Source: Planctomycetales bacterium (GTDB taxonomy: Bacteria > 4484-113 > JAFGCY01). Taken from it: 32,000 nucleotides of DNA. Positions 1-9,800 of the stretch are shown piece after piece. Position 1 is the stretch's first letter; every line of letters starts with the position of its first letter. Made by a program: the position numbers and the translations under genes. Location: positions 2,310,001 to 2,342,000 of the forward strand of contig CP060262.1 in assembly GCA_022646745.1 (NCBI GenBank), given 5' to 3'. The notes under the pieces were generated by a model that had not been told where the DNA came from, did no database searches, and was given only the letters and a program-made list of their open reading frames with translations.

Positions 1-2793
1 ACCGGGGACGGCGCGATCATCTACGCCCGTGGCCCCGGATATGACTACCGCAAGCGGCACCGCGGCTCTGATTCCTATGACCTCTGGCGCTTCGACATGG
101 AGACGGGCAGGCATAGCGAATTCGTACGCAGCCCGGGCCGGGACAGCTGGCCGCAGGTGGACCGCGGCAGCGGCACGCTGTTTTTCGTCAGCGACCGCGA
201 TGGGACTGACAACATCTTCTCGATGCCGCTGGCTGGCGGGCAGGCCAGGCAGCTGACACATTACACGGATGACGGCCCGCAGTTCCTGCGGCTCAGCCCG
301 GATGCGGATGAGCTGGTGTTCTCGGTGTTCGGCAGCCTGCATGTGATGCAGCTGGCGGATGGCAGCGAGCGCAGCATCCCGGTGCGGCTGAAAAGCGAGG
401 GCAAGCATGCTGATGTGGTGGAGCAGACCGTGCGAAACGATGTGGAGGAACTGGCGGTCAGCCCCGACGGCAAGTACTTCGCCCTGATCGTCAATTCCGA
501 CCTGCACCTGCTGAAGAATCCGGACAGCTATCCCGAGGATGCGAAGCCGGACCAGGACCTGAGCATGACGATCCCGCTCTTGACCAGCGCCGGCCGCGAG
601 CGCAGCCCGAACTGGCACCATGACGGGCGGCGGATTGCATACCTGTCGGACCGTAACGGGCAGTTTGATGTTTTTGAATTCGACCTGGAAAGCGGCGAGG
701 AGCGGCAGCTGACGGACAGCCCGGTTGACGAGGGCATGCCGCGCTGGTCTCCGGTGGATGACCGCCTGCTGTACCTCAGTGGCAACCACGACATGCAGGT
801 GCTGGACACCGCGACGGGTGAAAGCCTGCAGCTGCAGCATGCGGAATTCCGCATCGGGCCCTTCGGTGACAGTGGCTACTGGTCGCCGGACGGGGCCTGG
901 ATCGCCTACAGCGTGGCGCCGGTCTGGTGGAGCGCGGATGTGTTCGTGATGCCCAGCGGCGGCGGCGATCCTGTCAACATCAGCATGACACCAGACAATG
1001 AAGGTGACCCGGTCTGGTCACCGGACGGACGTTTCCTCGGCTTCAGCTTCAGCAGCAGCGATGACTACTCCAACGAATTCGGTTCGCGAGCCCGCCTGCT
1101 GCTGCTTGAGCATGAGGAGCAGCATTACGACCCGGAACTGCTGTTCGAGGAGGACCGCATAAACCCGGAGGATGAAACGGCAGCCGATGAGGAGGCATCC
1201 GCTGAGGATGCTGAGCAGAAGCCTGAAGAGGATGGCGACGCTGCTGCCGGCGATGAGGAGGAAGCCGTGGAGCCGGTGCAGATCGACTTCACCGAGATTG
1301 AGAACCGGGCCGAGACCATCCCACCCTGGGGTGGCGATGCCTCCTTCAGGCTGTTCAGCCCGGATGGCAGCGTGGCTTACATCGTGCTGGATGACGGCGG
1401 CGACAACATGCTCGCTGCGGTTGACACCGAGAGCCTGGAAATGGAGGTGCTCGGCCCCGCCAAGCTGCGCGGCATGCAGATCACGGCGGATGGCAAGCGG
1501 ATCTACGGCCTGGTGGGCGGCAGCATCAGCTACCTCGACATCGACGGGATGGAGATGCGCGGCGGTGGCAGCATCGCCAGCAGCAGCAGCGTGGTGCAGG
1601 ACCGCTTCGCGCTGCGCCGCCAGTCCTTCAATGAGATGTGGCGCATCCTGCGTGACAACTTCTATGACAAGGGCCTGCATGGCACCGACTGGCAGGTTGT
1701 CAAGCGCAAGTATGAGCCACTGCTGGAGAGCGTGCCGACCGGCGAGGAATACACGATGCTGATGAACCGCATGGTCGGGGAGCTGGCGGCATCGCATTCC
1801 TGGTTCTTCAGCCCGGATGGCAGCGCCAGCAACCCGCAGGCTACTGGCTCACTGGGCATCGAACTCGACCCGGACTACAACGGTCCAGGCTGGCGGGTTG
1901 CCAGCGTGCTTTACGGCTCCCCGGCCTGGCAGCGGGGCAGTGAGCTGTTCCCGGGTGACGTGATCCTCTCAGTCAATGGCGATGAGGTGGGGGCGGGCAC
2001 CCAGCGCGAGCGGATGTTCAACAACACCGTCGGAGAACTGCTGGTGCTTGATGTGCAGAACGGCGAGCAGGCGATGGACTGGCTGGCAGCAAAGGAGGAT
2101 GCTCCGGAGGAGATCGCTCCCACGCGCCAGGTGTCAATCATCCCGGAGCACATCGGCCGGCTGTTTGGTGCAAAGTACGAAGCCTGGGTCAGGCATAACC
2201 GAGAGGCAGTGGATGAACTGGGCAGCGGCCGGATCGGCTACCAGCACATCGAGGGGATGGACTACCGCTCGCTGGCACGCTTCCGCCGTGAGCTGTACAC
2301 CCTCAACCATGACAAGGACGCGCTGATCATTGACGTGCGTTTCAACGGCGGCGGCGACATCTACGCCCAGCTGTATGACATCCTGACGAACAAAGTGCTG
2401 TTCCACTCCAAGACGCGCTTCGAGCAGTGGCGTGACACACCGGAATGGCAGTGGCACGGCCCGATCGTGGTGCTGATCAATGCGTGGTCCTACAGTGATG
2501 CGGAGGACTTCGCACATATGATGCAGGAGCAGGGAATGGCGACGATCGTCGGCGAGGACACCGGTGGCAACCTGATTGCGGTGGCCGGTGTGGGCCTGGC
2601 TGACGGCAGCTTCTTCGGCCTGCCGATGGAGGGCTGGTGGCGGCTGGACGGGCGCAACATGGAAGGCTTCGGCTGCCCGGCTGACGTGCCTGTGGAGATT
2701 GACCCGAACGCGCTGGCGGAGGGCCGTGACAACCAGCTGGAGGTCGCCGTCAGGACACTGATCGAGCAGCTTGGCGACGATTCGGCGCATTAG
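1..2793 (+). CDS. Tricorn-type protease paralog A (5-prime end outside window): beta-propellers + PDZ + S41-family peptidase domain
   Basis: Frame 1 is open from nt 1, upstream of the track Met at 97. The first residues align by eye with an internal segment of the downstream paralog (DGAIIYARGPGYDYRKRHRGSDSYDLWRF vs DQHLVYTRGPGDWARKDHHGSDNYDLYMF). Repeated SPDG-type propeller strands. PDZ-like GDVILSVNGDEV. S41-type motifs DVRFNGGGD, WSYSDAEDF (Ser codon 2494-2496) and EDTGGN. Confidence 0.85.
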   Translation, partial: TGDGAIIYARGPGYDYRKRHRGSDSYDLWRFDMETGRHSEFVRSPGRDSWPQVDRGSGTLFFVSDRDGTDNIFSMPLAGGQARQLTHYTDDGPQFLRLSPDADELVFSVFGSLHVMQLADGSERSIPVRLKSEGKHADVVEQTVRNDVEELAVSPDGKYFALIVNSDLHLLKNPDSYPEDAKPDQDLSMTIPLLTSAGRERSPNWHHDGRRIAYLSDRNGQFDVFEFDLESGEERQLTDSPVDEGMPRWSPVDDRLLYLSGNHDMQVLDTATGESLQLQHAEFRIGPFGDSGYWSPDGAWIAYSVAPVWWSADVFVMPSGGGDPVNISMTPDNEGDPVWSPDGRFLGFSFSSSDDYSNEFGSRARLLLLEHEEQHYDPELLFEEDRINPEDETAADEEASAEDAEQKPEEDGDAAAGDEEEAVEPVQIDFTEIENRAETIPPWGGDASFRLFSPDGSVAYIVLDDGGDNMLAAVDTESLEMEVLGPAKLRGMQITADGKRIYGLVGGSISYLDIDGMEMRGGGSIASSSSVVQDRFALRRQSFNEMWRILRDNFYDKGLHGTDWQVVKRKYEPLLESVPTGEEYTMLMNRMVGELAASHSWFFSPDGSASNPQATGSLGIELDPDYNGPGWRVASVLYGSPAWQRGSELFPGDVILSVNGDEVGAGTQRERMFNNTVGELLVLDVQNGEQAMDWLAAKEDAPEEIAPTRQVSIIPEHIGRLFGAKYEAWVRHNREAVDELGSGRIGYQHIEGMDYRSLARFRRELYTLNHDKDALIIDVRFNGGGDIYAQLYDILTNKVLFHSKTRFEQWRDTPEWQWHGPIVVLINAWSYSDAEDFAHMMQEQGMATIVGEDTGGNLIAVAGVGLADGSFFGLPMEGWWRLDGRNMEGFGCPADVPVEIDPNALAEGRDNQLEVAVRTLIEQLGDDSAH

Positions 2794-2842
2794 TGGATTA
2801 ATCTGGCAATCGCTGGTATACTGCCAGCGGCAAGGAAAAAGA

Positions 2843-2868
2843 GGGCGGCGGTTTCGTCGCCCTTTTTT
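2843..2868 (+). terminator. Rho-independent terminator after tricorn paralog A
   Basis: GGGCGGCG-GTTT-CGTCGCCC (8-bp stem with one G-U pair, 4-nt loop) followed directly by TTTTTT. It lies 50 nt after the stop codon. Confidence 0.6.
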
Positions 2869-3347
2869 GTGCCTGGAGGCCAGTGCCAGGCACTGGCAGG
2901 TCGTCAATCCGATGGATTGTCAATTGCTGGTTTCATACACCAGCCGCTGGCTGAGGCTTCTGCAAGTCAGAATGAGCTACAACATTGCCAATCAATGACA
3001 TTGCAGCGATCGCAGATTGGACGAAATGTGGCCATGGGCCGCATAGCCTGTCAGACCATGGGTCTGAGCTCCAGCATCTCGCTGTTTTGCTTTTCCGGCA
3101 CAGGCTCCGAATATCTCCTGCACGGTTCCTCCGGCGGATACACCGGCGGTACCGATACGGTCAGGGGCAATTGACCGTGCTCATATGGAAAGGCCGGATT
3201 GAGGCGGACCCCGCAGTTCCTGCGGTGTACGGCTATTGCGGCAGGGAAGGCATTCCCTGTGGCATGCCTGGGAGCGGATAGCTCCTGGCATGCCGCACCG
3301 AGGGGAGGGGGGCCAATTGTTACCGGGAATACATACACAAGTGTCCC

Positions 3348-3382
3348 TCTACACATATCCCGAATTGCTGTAGGATTTCATC
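3348..3382 (+). promoter_or_regulatory. Putative promoter of paralog 1, positioned for a leaderless or near-leaderless mRNA
   Basis: TCTACA (3348-3353), 17-nt spacer, TAGGAT (3371-3376), then exactly 6 nt to the ATG at 3383. Caveat: the AGGA inside the hexamer could instead act as a Shine-Dalgarno sequence. Confidence 0.35.
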
Positions 3383-6300
3383 ATGACGGGAACATGGGAC
3401 AAGTATCGGGCCATTTATATTGGAGCAGCTGCGCTGCTGCTGTTCGCCTGTGTGTCCTGCGGGGGCGGAGGCGGTTCCAGTAATACGGCGCTCCAGCCTG
3501 CGATCACGGGCAGTTCCGCCAGCTCACCGGAATCGGCAATCACGATCCCGGAGAATGAGCGAGATCCCGCACCGGCTGAGGATGCTCCTTCGATGGACGA
3601 TCTCAGCCGGATTCTCAGCGCAGAACTTGAGCGGTTGGGCAAGGACCCCGAACGCACCGCTGCCAAGGCACCGTCCGGTGTGGACAATGCGGCCTTTGAT
3701 CTGGTGGTGGCCTATCGCAGCCATTACAGCGGGGCCACCCTGCACTGGACGGAGCGCATGGTCGGCGACTATGACATGAACGGCGAGGTGAATGCCTCCG
3801 ACCTGACACCGATCGCGCAGCGCTGGAAGTTCCTGATTGACTACCTGCCGCCGGATGAGGCACGCGGCTTCGTCTGCTGGCCGAAGGGCCATCCGCGCAA
3901 TGGTGGTTTCTCCGGCGTGCTCAACGGCTTCCCGGGCTTCAACACCCCGGCACACCAGTGGCGCACCGCGAGAATCGACGGGGATGACAACGGCGAGATC
4001 AATGCCGCGGACATCACGCCGATCGCGCAGCAGTGGCAGGAGCGCGTGGACAGCTACCGCATCTACCGCATGGCCCCGGATGAGGATGAGTTCAGCATGT
4101 TGCGGCTCGGCGAGGAGGATACCTACACCATCCCGCGCAGCATCCACTTCAAGCCGGGCGAGACAGCGCCGGACCCGTCGTGGGTATACCGCCTGCACTA
4201 TGCGGATGTGACGATCCATCCGGGCACCTACCAGTACTACCTGGCACCCTATGACAGCCTCAGTGATGACGAGGGCACGCCCTCGCCTGTGATCAGCATC
4301 ACCTTTGACGACAGCAACCCGCCGCCTCCGCCGGAGGGCAACCAGCCGCCGGAAATCATCGTCACGGCGGACGTGACCAGTGGCGATGCACCGCTGCGTG
4401 TGGAGTTCGATGCCTCTGAATCAATTGACCCGGACGGGGAGATCGTGCTCTATGTCTGGGACTGGGAAGGCGACGGGCAGGTGGATGCCAGTTCCCAGAG
4501 CTCGCCGTATGCCTACCATATCTACCACGATATTGGCTGGTACCATCCGCAGCTCACGATCTGGGATGACATGGGCGGCAGTGCCACTGCCACGATAGAC
4601 ATCGAGGTCGGCGTGGGGGCCGGTGGTGTGCTGCCACCAAAGCTGGACCTGAGCGTCAGCCCGACGGAGGGCCCGGCACCGCTGCGGGTGGAAATAGATG
4701 CCGAAGTAGTTGCGGTGGATGGCAACTACTCAGGAATGCACTACGAAGTGGATGTCGAGGGTGATGGCGTGGTGGACTACACATACGGCAAGCATCCGAT
4801 GCCCATTCAGCCACATATATATGAGGTCGTTGGGACTTACCATCCGACCGTGACCGCGATCAATCATGCGGGCCTGCGCACCACCGCCAGTGTGGAAGTG
4901 ACGGTGAATGACAACATCGGGCCGCAGGCGGTGATCACACTCAGCCCGCAGACGGGCAATGCCCCGCTGGATGTGCATGTCAGCGGGCTGGACAGCAGTG
5001 ACCCGGACAGCAGCGAGTTAAGCTATGAGTGGACGATCGACGGTGTACCTTATGACGAATCCGGCGAACCGCAGCCCGGCGAGTTTGACAGGTCCTACCC
5101 GAAGATCGGTGAGCATGTATTCAGCCTGACAGTGACGGATGGCGGCGGCCTGACTGACTACACCGAGGAGACCCTGGTCGTGGTCCCGCCGGAGGGCGAC
5201 CTGCCACCGGTGGCCGTCGCCAGCGCGGAACCTCTGATCGGCGCGGCACCACTCAAGGTGATTGTCAGCCCGGAGGGCAGCTACGATCCGGAGAACCTGC
5301 CGATCACATTGCTCTGGGATCCATACGGCACCGGGAACTTCAAGAACTATGGCACAGCCGGGGTGTCATTCATATACGATGTTCCGGGTGTCTACGATGT
5401 GGCATTGCAGGTGCAGGATGCATACGGGCAGGCTGCCTTCGATACCGTGCAGATCACTGTGATTGACAACCACCCGCCTGTCGCGGCATTGTCAGCCAGC
5501 CCGGAAAGTGGTGATGCGCCGCTGTTGGTCGCACTAGACGCGACCGGGAGCTCGGATCCTGACGGGGATACGCTCAGCTTTGAATGGGACTACATCCATT
5601 ACCCCGGTGACAAGACCTGGGAGGCCGGCGAAGCGCTGGAGGCCTATGAATACAAGTTCGGCGGGCAGCATCTTGTGCGGGTGCGGGTAACCGACCAGTG
5701 GGGAGCATCCGCCATCGCCGAAACGACGATCCAGGTGACCGGACCAGGCTGGTACGTCGTCAAGATTGATGATGGCATGGCTGATTTCTGGAGCCCGGAC
5801 ATCGGGCTTGAGCTTGTGGATGGCAACCCGGCGGTGGCCTACAGCCATGGGGGCGCAGCGCGCTTTTCCCGCGGGGAGGATATTGACGGCCTGAGCTGGA
5901 CTACGCCGATTGACGTCGGGTTCTCTGATGACATCTACGGTGGCGTGCTCGGTCCCTCGCTGTCATATATAAACGGCGCACCTTGTGTGGGCTGGATGCA
6001 CCATTCCGGCGAGGTGATGTACTGCCGCGCGCTGGACTCGGTCGGATCTAGCTGGCAGGACCCGCAGCTTGTCTTCCATATCGGCGGCAGTGGCAGCGGC
6101 ACGGACATCATGGCGATAGCAGGCAACCCCGCCATGCTGTGGGTGGACGCGCTGGGCCATATGCGCTACTCACGGGCACTGGATGCCAGTGGGGGTATGT
6201 GGGGCACACCGTTTGACTTCGGCCAGATCAGCTCCGGGCAGGGCAACTACCAGGCGGAAATGGCAATCGTGAACAACACGCCGTCCGTCGCCTTCGTTGG

Positions 6301-6787
6301 CAGCAACTGGTTCGAGCCGGGCATCAACTACATCTGGTCCGATGACGAGTTCGGGAATGACTGGCAGGACTCCGTGGTCATCAGCGAGACGAACACCTCC
6401 TCCATCGGTGTATCGCTGACGACCATCGCCGGCAACCCGGTCGTGGCGTACTACTGTTCACTCGGCCTGGTGTTCCAGGTGGCCCCGGATGGCTTGAACA
6501 ACGAGTGGAGCGAACCTGTCGTGATCACCGCTGAACAGGGTAGCGGCGGCGGCTGGTTCTTCACCGGTGATGAGGTCTGCATCGCGGAACTAAATGGTGT
6601 GCCGGCGGTGCTGGATTCCCAGATGGGTCTGTGGATCGCCGAAAACGCCAATGGAACGAGCTGGTACGGGCCGGAGCATATCCCGAATTACGCCAGCGGC
6701 ACGACGTTTGCCCTGCTGGATGTGGATGGCCAGCCGGCGATCGCATGGCATAACAGCGCCGTGTATTACGGCGTGAAGCTGGACTGA
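3383..6787 (+). CDS. Surface lipoprotein, paralog 1 of 4: lipobox, split dockerin-like module, FN3-like, 5x PKD, Asp-box beta-propeller
   Basis: 1134-aa ORF. N-terminal hydrophobic segment ending LLLFAC/VSC followed by a Gly/Ser linker. Two EF-hand loops, GDYDMNGEVNASDLTPIAQRW and IDGDDNGEINAADITPIAQQW. PPPPP hinge. Five repeats of about 90 aa with PKD signatures (APLRVEFDASESIDPDGEIVLYVWDWEGDG). C-terminal repeats of about 50 aa. Confidence 0.88.
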   Translation: MTGTWDKYRAIYIGAAALLLFACVSCGGGGGSSNTALQPAITGSSASSPESAITIPENERDPAPAEDAPSMDDLSRILSAELERLGKDPERTAAKAPSGVDNAAFDLVVAYRSHYSGATLHWTERMVGDYDMNGEVNASDLTPIAQRWKFLIDYLPPDEARGFVCWPKGHPRNGGFSGVLNGFPGFNTPAHQWRTARIDGDDNGEINAADITPIAQQWQERVDSYRIYRMAPDEDEFSMLRLGEEDTYTIPRSIHFKPGETAPDPSWVYRLHYADVTIHPGTYQYYLAPYDSLSDDEGTPSPVISITFDDSNPPPPPEGNQPPEIIVTADVTSGDAPLRVEFDASESIDPDGEIVLYVWDWEGDGQVDASSQSSPYAYHIYHDIGWYHPQLTIWDDMGGSATATIDIEVGVGAGGVLPPKLDLSVSPTEGPAPLRVEIDAEVVAVDGNYSGMHYEVDVEGDGVVDYTYGKHPMPIQPHIYEVVGTYHPTVTAINHAGLRTTASVEVTVNDNIGPQAVITLSPQTGNAPLDVHVSGLDSSDPDSSELSYEWTIDGVPYDESGEPQPGEFDRSYPKIGEHVFSLTVTDGGGLTDYTEETLVVVPPEGDLPPVAVASAEPLIGAAPLKVIVSPEGSYDPENLPITLLWDPYGTGNFKNYGTAGVSFIYDVPGVYDVALQVQDAYGQAAFDTVQITVIDNHPPVAALSASPESGDAPLLVALDATGSSDPDGDTLSFEWDYIHYPGDKTWEAGEALEAYEYKFGGQHLVRVRVTDQWGASAIAETTIQVTGPGWYVVKIDDGMADFWSPDIGLELVDGNPAVAYSHGGAARFSRGEDIDGLSWTTPIDVGFSDDIYGGVLGPSLSYINGAPCVGWMHHSGEVMYCRALDSVGSSWQDPQLVFHIGGSGSGTDIMAIAGNPAMLWVDALGHMRYSRALDASGGMWGTPFDFGQISSGQGNYQAEMAIVNNTPSVAFVGSNWFEPGINYIWSDDEFGNDWQDSVVISETNTSSIGVSLTTIAGNPVVAYYCSLGLVFQVAPDGLNNEWSEPVVITAEQGSGGGWFFTGDEVCIAELNGVPAVLDSQMGLWIAENANGTSWYGPEHIPNYASGTTFALLDVDGQPAIAWHNSAVYYGVKLD
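3752..4039 (+). other. Split dockerin-like double EF-hand module of paralog 1 (aa 124-219)
   Basis: Two DxDxNGxVNxxDxTPxA loops separated by a conserved insert of about 45 aa (WPxGxPxNGGxxGxLxGxPGFxTPAxQWR). Confidence 0.55.
4346..5740 (+). other. Five tandem PKD domains of paralog 1 (aa 322-786)
   Basis: Repeated APL-V-FDAS-S-DPDG----Y-WD-GDG ... V-L-V-D motifs with a period of about 90 aa. Confidence 0.8.
5744..6784 (+). other. Asp-box (BNR-like) beta-propeller of paralog 1 (aa 788-1134)
   Basis: Seven G-x-P-A-[VIL]-x-[YW] strands: VDGNPAVAY, INGAPCVGW, IAGNPAMLW, VNNTPSVAF, IAGNPVVAY, LNGVPAVLD, VDGQPAIAW. They alternate with six D-x-x-G-x-x-W Asp-box-like turns: DIDGLSW, LDSVGSSW, LDASGGMW, DDEFGNDW, PDGLNNEW, NANGTSW. 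Confidence 0.65.
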
Positions 6788-6807
6788 GCCAGGACAGATC
6801 CCGGGTT

Positions 6808-6842
6808 TTGTCCCGCGGGCACCGGCAGGGTACAATGCAGAC
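6808..6842 (+). promoter_or_regulatory. Putative promoter of paralog 2, leaderless geometry
   Basis: TTGTCC (6808-6813), 17-nt spacer, TACAAT (6831-6836), 6 nt, ATG at 6843. No purine-rich SD between the -10 box and the ATG. Confidence 0.45.
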
Positions 6843-9800
6843 ATGGGACCAGGCAGGACCGGGCGGGCCGCAATCGCCGCTTGCTGTGCGCTGTGCTGCG
6901 CATCCCTGCTGCTGACCGCATGTGCTGGACGGAGTGGTGACGGTCAGCTGGATCCCGCAACTGCTGAAGCCGCAATCCCGCTCCCTCCAAGCGAAACCGT
7001 GGAGCTGCAGCTGCTGGAGGACACACTCGCCGCCGAACTGGAAAGGCTCGGAGTTGACCCGGATAGATCCGGCTCGCAGGCACCGAGTGGGGCAGCCAAC
7101 GCCGTCTTCGACCTGAGTGCGAGCTATCGCGACATCCGTGAAGGCGCGGTGCTGCAGTGGACCGAGCGCCTGCTGGGCGACTACGACATGAATGGCGTCG
7201 TCAATGCGGCCGACCTGACCCCGCTGGCCCAGAGATGGAAGTTCAGTGTTGACTACCGCGACGAAACTGAAGCGGGTGTGAGCTGGTGGCCGGAGGGTAA
7301 CCCGGGCAATGGCGGAATCGCCGGCATCCTCAGCGGCAGCCCAGGCTTTGGTACTCCCGCGCACCAGTGGCGCAGCGCACGGATTGACGGAGATGGCAAC
7401 GGCGAACTGAACCTGGCCGACGTGACCCCGATCGCCAGCCACTGGCAGGACAGCATTGACAGCTGGCGGGTCTACCGCCGCGGGCCTCAAGAGGGTGAAT
7501 TCACATTGCTGGAGGAGACGGAGGGCTGTGGCTATAGCCTGCTGCGCAGTGCGATGTACCCTGCCGGCAAGTCCGCACCTGACAACGGCTGGGCATTCCG
7601 CCTGCTGTTCGCCGAGCTCGGTGCAGCACAAGGGGAGTACAGCTACTTCGTTGCTGCCTACGACACGGCTTCAGGGACTGAGGGGCCGCAGTCCAACATC
7701 GTCAACCTCAACTTCGACCCGTTGGCCGAGCCGCCACCACCTCCGCCTGGCAATGCAGCGCCGGAAGCCACTTTCGGGATGGATGCATTCAGCGGGGACG
7801 CACCACTCGAGGTGAATTTCGACGCCGCTGCCAGTACCGACAGTGACGGCCGGATCGTCTTGTACCTGTGGGACTGGGATGGCGACGGCGTGAATGACCA
7901 GGGTAGCGGCCAGGCGGTACAGGCCCTGCACATCTACGGCCAACCGGGCTACTACCTGCCGCGCCTGACGGTCTGGGACGATGCCGGTGCGAGCAGTACC
8001 GTGGTGGCCGACAAGGGGATCAGCGTATCGCAGATGGGCATCCCCCCGCCACAGCTGGCACTGGCCGCCGGGCCGCTGGAGGGCAGGCGTCCGTTGCCGG
8101 TCGGCTTCAGCCCGGTCTACCACGTATCCGCCGGTGAGGAAGGGTTGCAGTTCAGCTGGGACTTCGATGGCGATGGGCAGCAGGACAGTGATGAGGCCGT
8201 CGAGTCCGGTGAAATCCTGCCATATACATATTGGGAACCCGGCAGCTACCGTGCGCGGCTGACGATCACCGATGCCAACGAACTGAGTGCCGCGGGCTTC
8301 GTGGATGTCAGGGTGACGGACAATGCCAACCCGCAGGCCAGCTTGTCTGTCACGCCGGCAGAAGTCGAACCGGGCCTGCAGTTCACACTGGAGGCTTCCG
8401 GCAGCACTGACCCCGATGGCGACGAGCTGGCCTACTTCTGGGACCTCGATGGCGATGGCGAGTATGAGGAGTCCGGCGGCACTGCTCCTACATTCAAGTA
8501 CTCCTTCAGCGAGCCGGGAGTGCACGAGCTTGGCGTGCTGGTCAGTGATAGCGCGGGGGCGACTGATGCGGCGACGGCCAGTGTCACAGTCACCGGTGAG
8601 TCAAACCTGCCTCCAATCGCTGTGGCCTCGGCCAGCCCGGCAGTCTACGGCGCACCGGCGGACATCACCCTCAGCGCGGTCGGCAGTGATGATCCGGAAG
8701 GGGAGCTCATTGAGCTGTTCCGCTGGGACCTGGATGGCGACGGAGTTTTCGAAGTCGAGACTGACAAGCGCACGCACATGGTGCATGTCACGCAGGTCGG
8801 TGAATACAGTGCGCGGCTGATGGTGGAGGACGAACAGGGCCTGACGGGTATTGCCGACACCAGCTACAGCGTAATCCCGAATGCAGCTCCCGAGGCTTTC
8901 CTGACCGGCAGCCCGGACGATGGGCAGATGCCGCTGTTCGTGCAGTTCGACGCCTCCCAGAGTTCCGACCCCGATGGCAACAGCCTGCAGTTCGCCTGGG
9001 ACTTCAACTACCTGCCGGGCCAGCAGCAGTTCGTGGCCGGCGAGGCGACCGCCAGCCACATCTATGAAAGCGGGGGCAGCCATGTCTGCCGTGTACGGGT
9101 CAGTGATGGGCTCGGTGGAGTGTCCCATGCCGACTTCGGCGTGGAGACACAGGGCAGCGGCTGGAACATCTACAAGCTTGACGATGCAGCCACATCCGGC
9201 TGGCGTACCCGGCTCGAGCTTGAGCTGGTGGACGGCCAACCGGCGGTGGCCTACCACGCTGACAACACGGGCTTTGGCAACCAGGACGATGTGCGCTTCA
9301 TCCGGGCGCTGGATGGGCTGGGCACACAGTGGGGCAAGCCGCTGCTTGTCGAGGACGGCACGCATCCCGGCCTCGGCGGACGCGGGATCAGCATGTCACT
9401 GATCGGTGGCCGTCCGGCGCTGAGCTGGGTGCGCGGCTCCGGCAACATCGTCTACTGCCATGCCAGCATCGGGGATGGCAGCAGCTGGTTCACTCCGGTA
9501 TCTGTCAGCAATGCCAGCGGCGTACCGCGTGGCGCCGGGCTCGCCATGGTGGATGGGCAACCGGCACTGAGCTGGGTGGACAGCGGCAACACTCTGCACT
9601 ACTGCCGCGCACTGGACCCGGCCGGCTTCAGCTGGCCCACGGCGCAGGACCTTGAACTGCTTGGCAACTTCGGCTACACGCATACCCCGGAGCTGGCGGT
9701 GGTGGCCGGCAAGCCGGTGATCGCCTATGTTGACGACCAGTTCATCGATGGCTCAGTACGCTGGAAGCCGGCGCTGGATAGCGAGGGCACAAGCTGGGAT

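Noticed and set aside
2771-3483. Small ORFs in the long spacer (2771-2998, 2869-3174, 2985-3281, 3199-3483 on plus; 3051-3356 on minus).
   Set aside because: They are mutually overlapping, have no SD or recognisable motifs, and have Cys/Arg/Gly-rich random-looking composition. The last one runs out of frame into paralog 1.
5744-6784. Catalytic sialidase/neuraminidase assignment for the Asp-box propellers.
   Set aside because: I found no F/YRIP motif or evident Arg triad in any of the four heads. Asp-boxes alone are structural, so these are called binding-type propellers with unknown ligand.
6801-6820. Possible terminator hairpin between paralogs 1 and 2 (CCCGGG-ttttgt-CCCGCGGG).
   Set aside because: The stem is imperfect (a bulged G) with no downstream T-tract. 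It also overlaps the proposed -35 region, so it is not convincing as a terminator.
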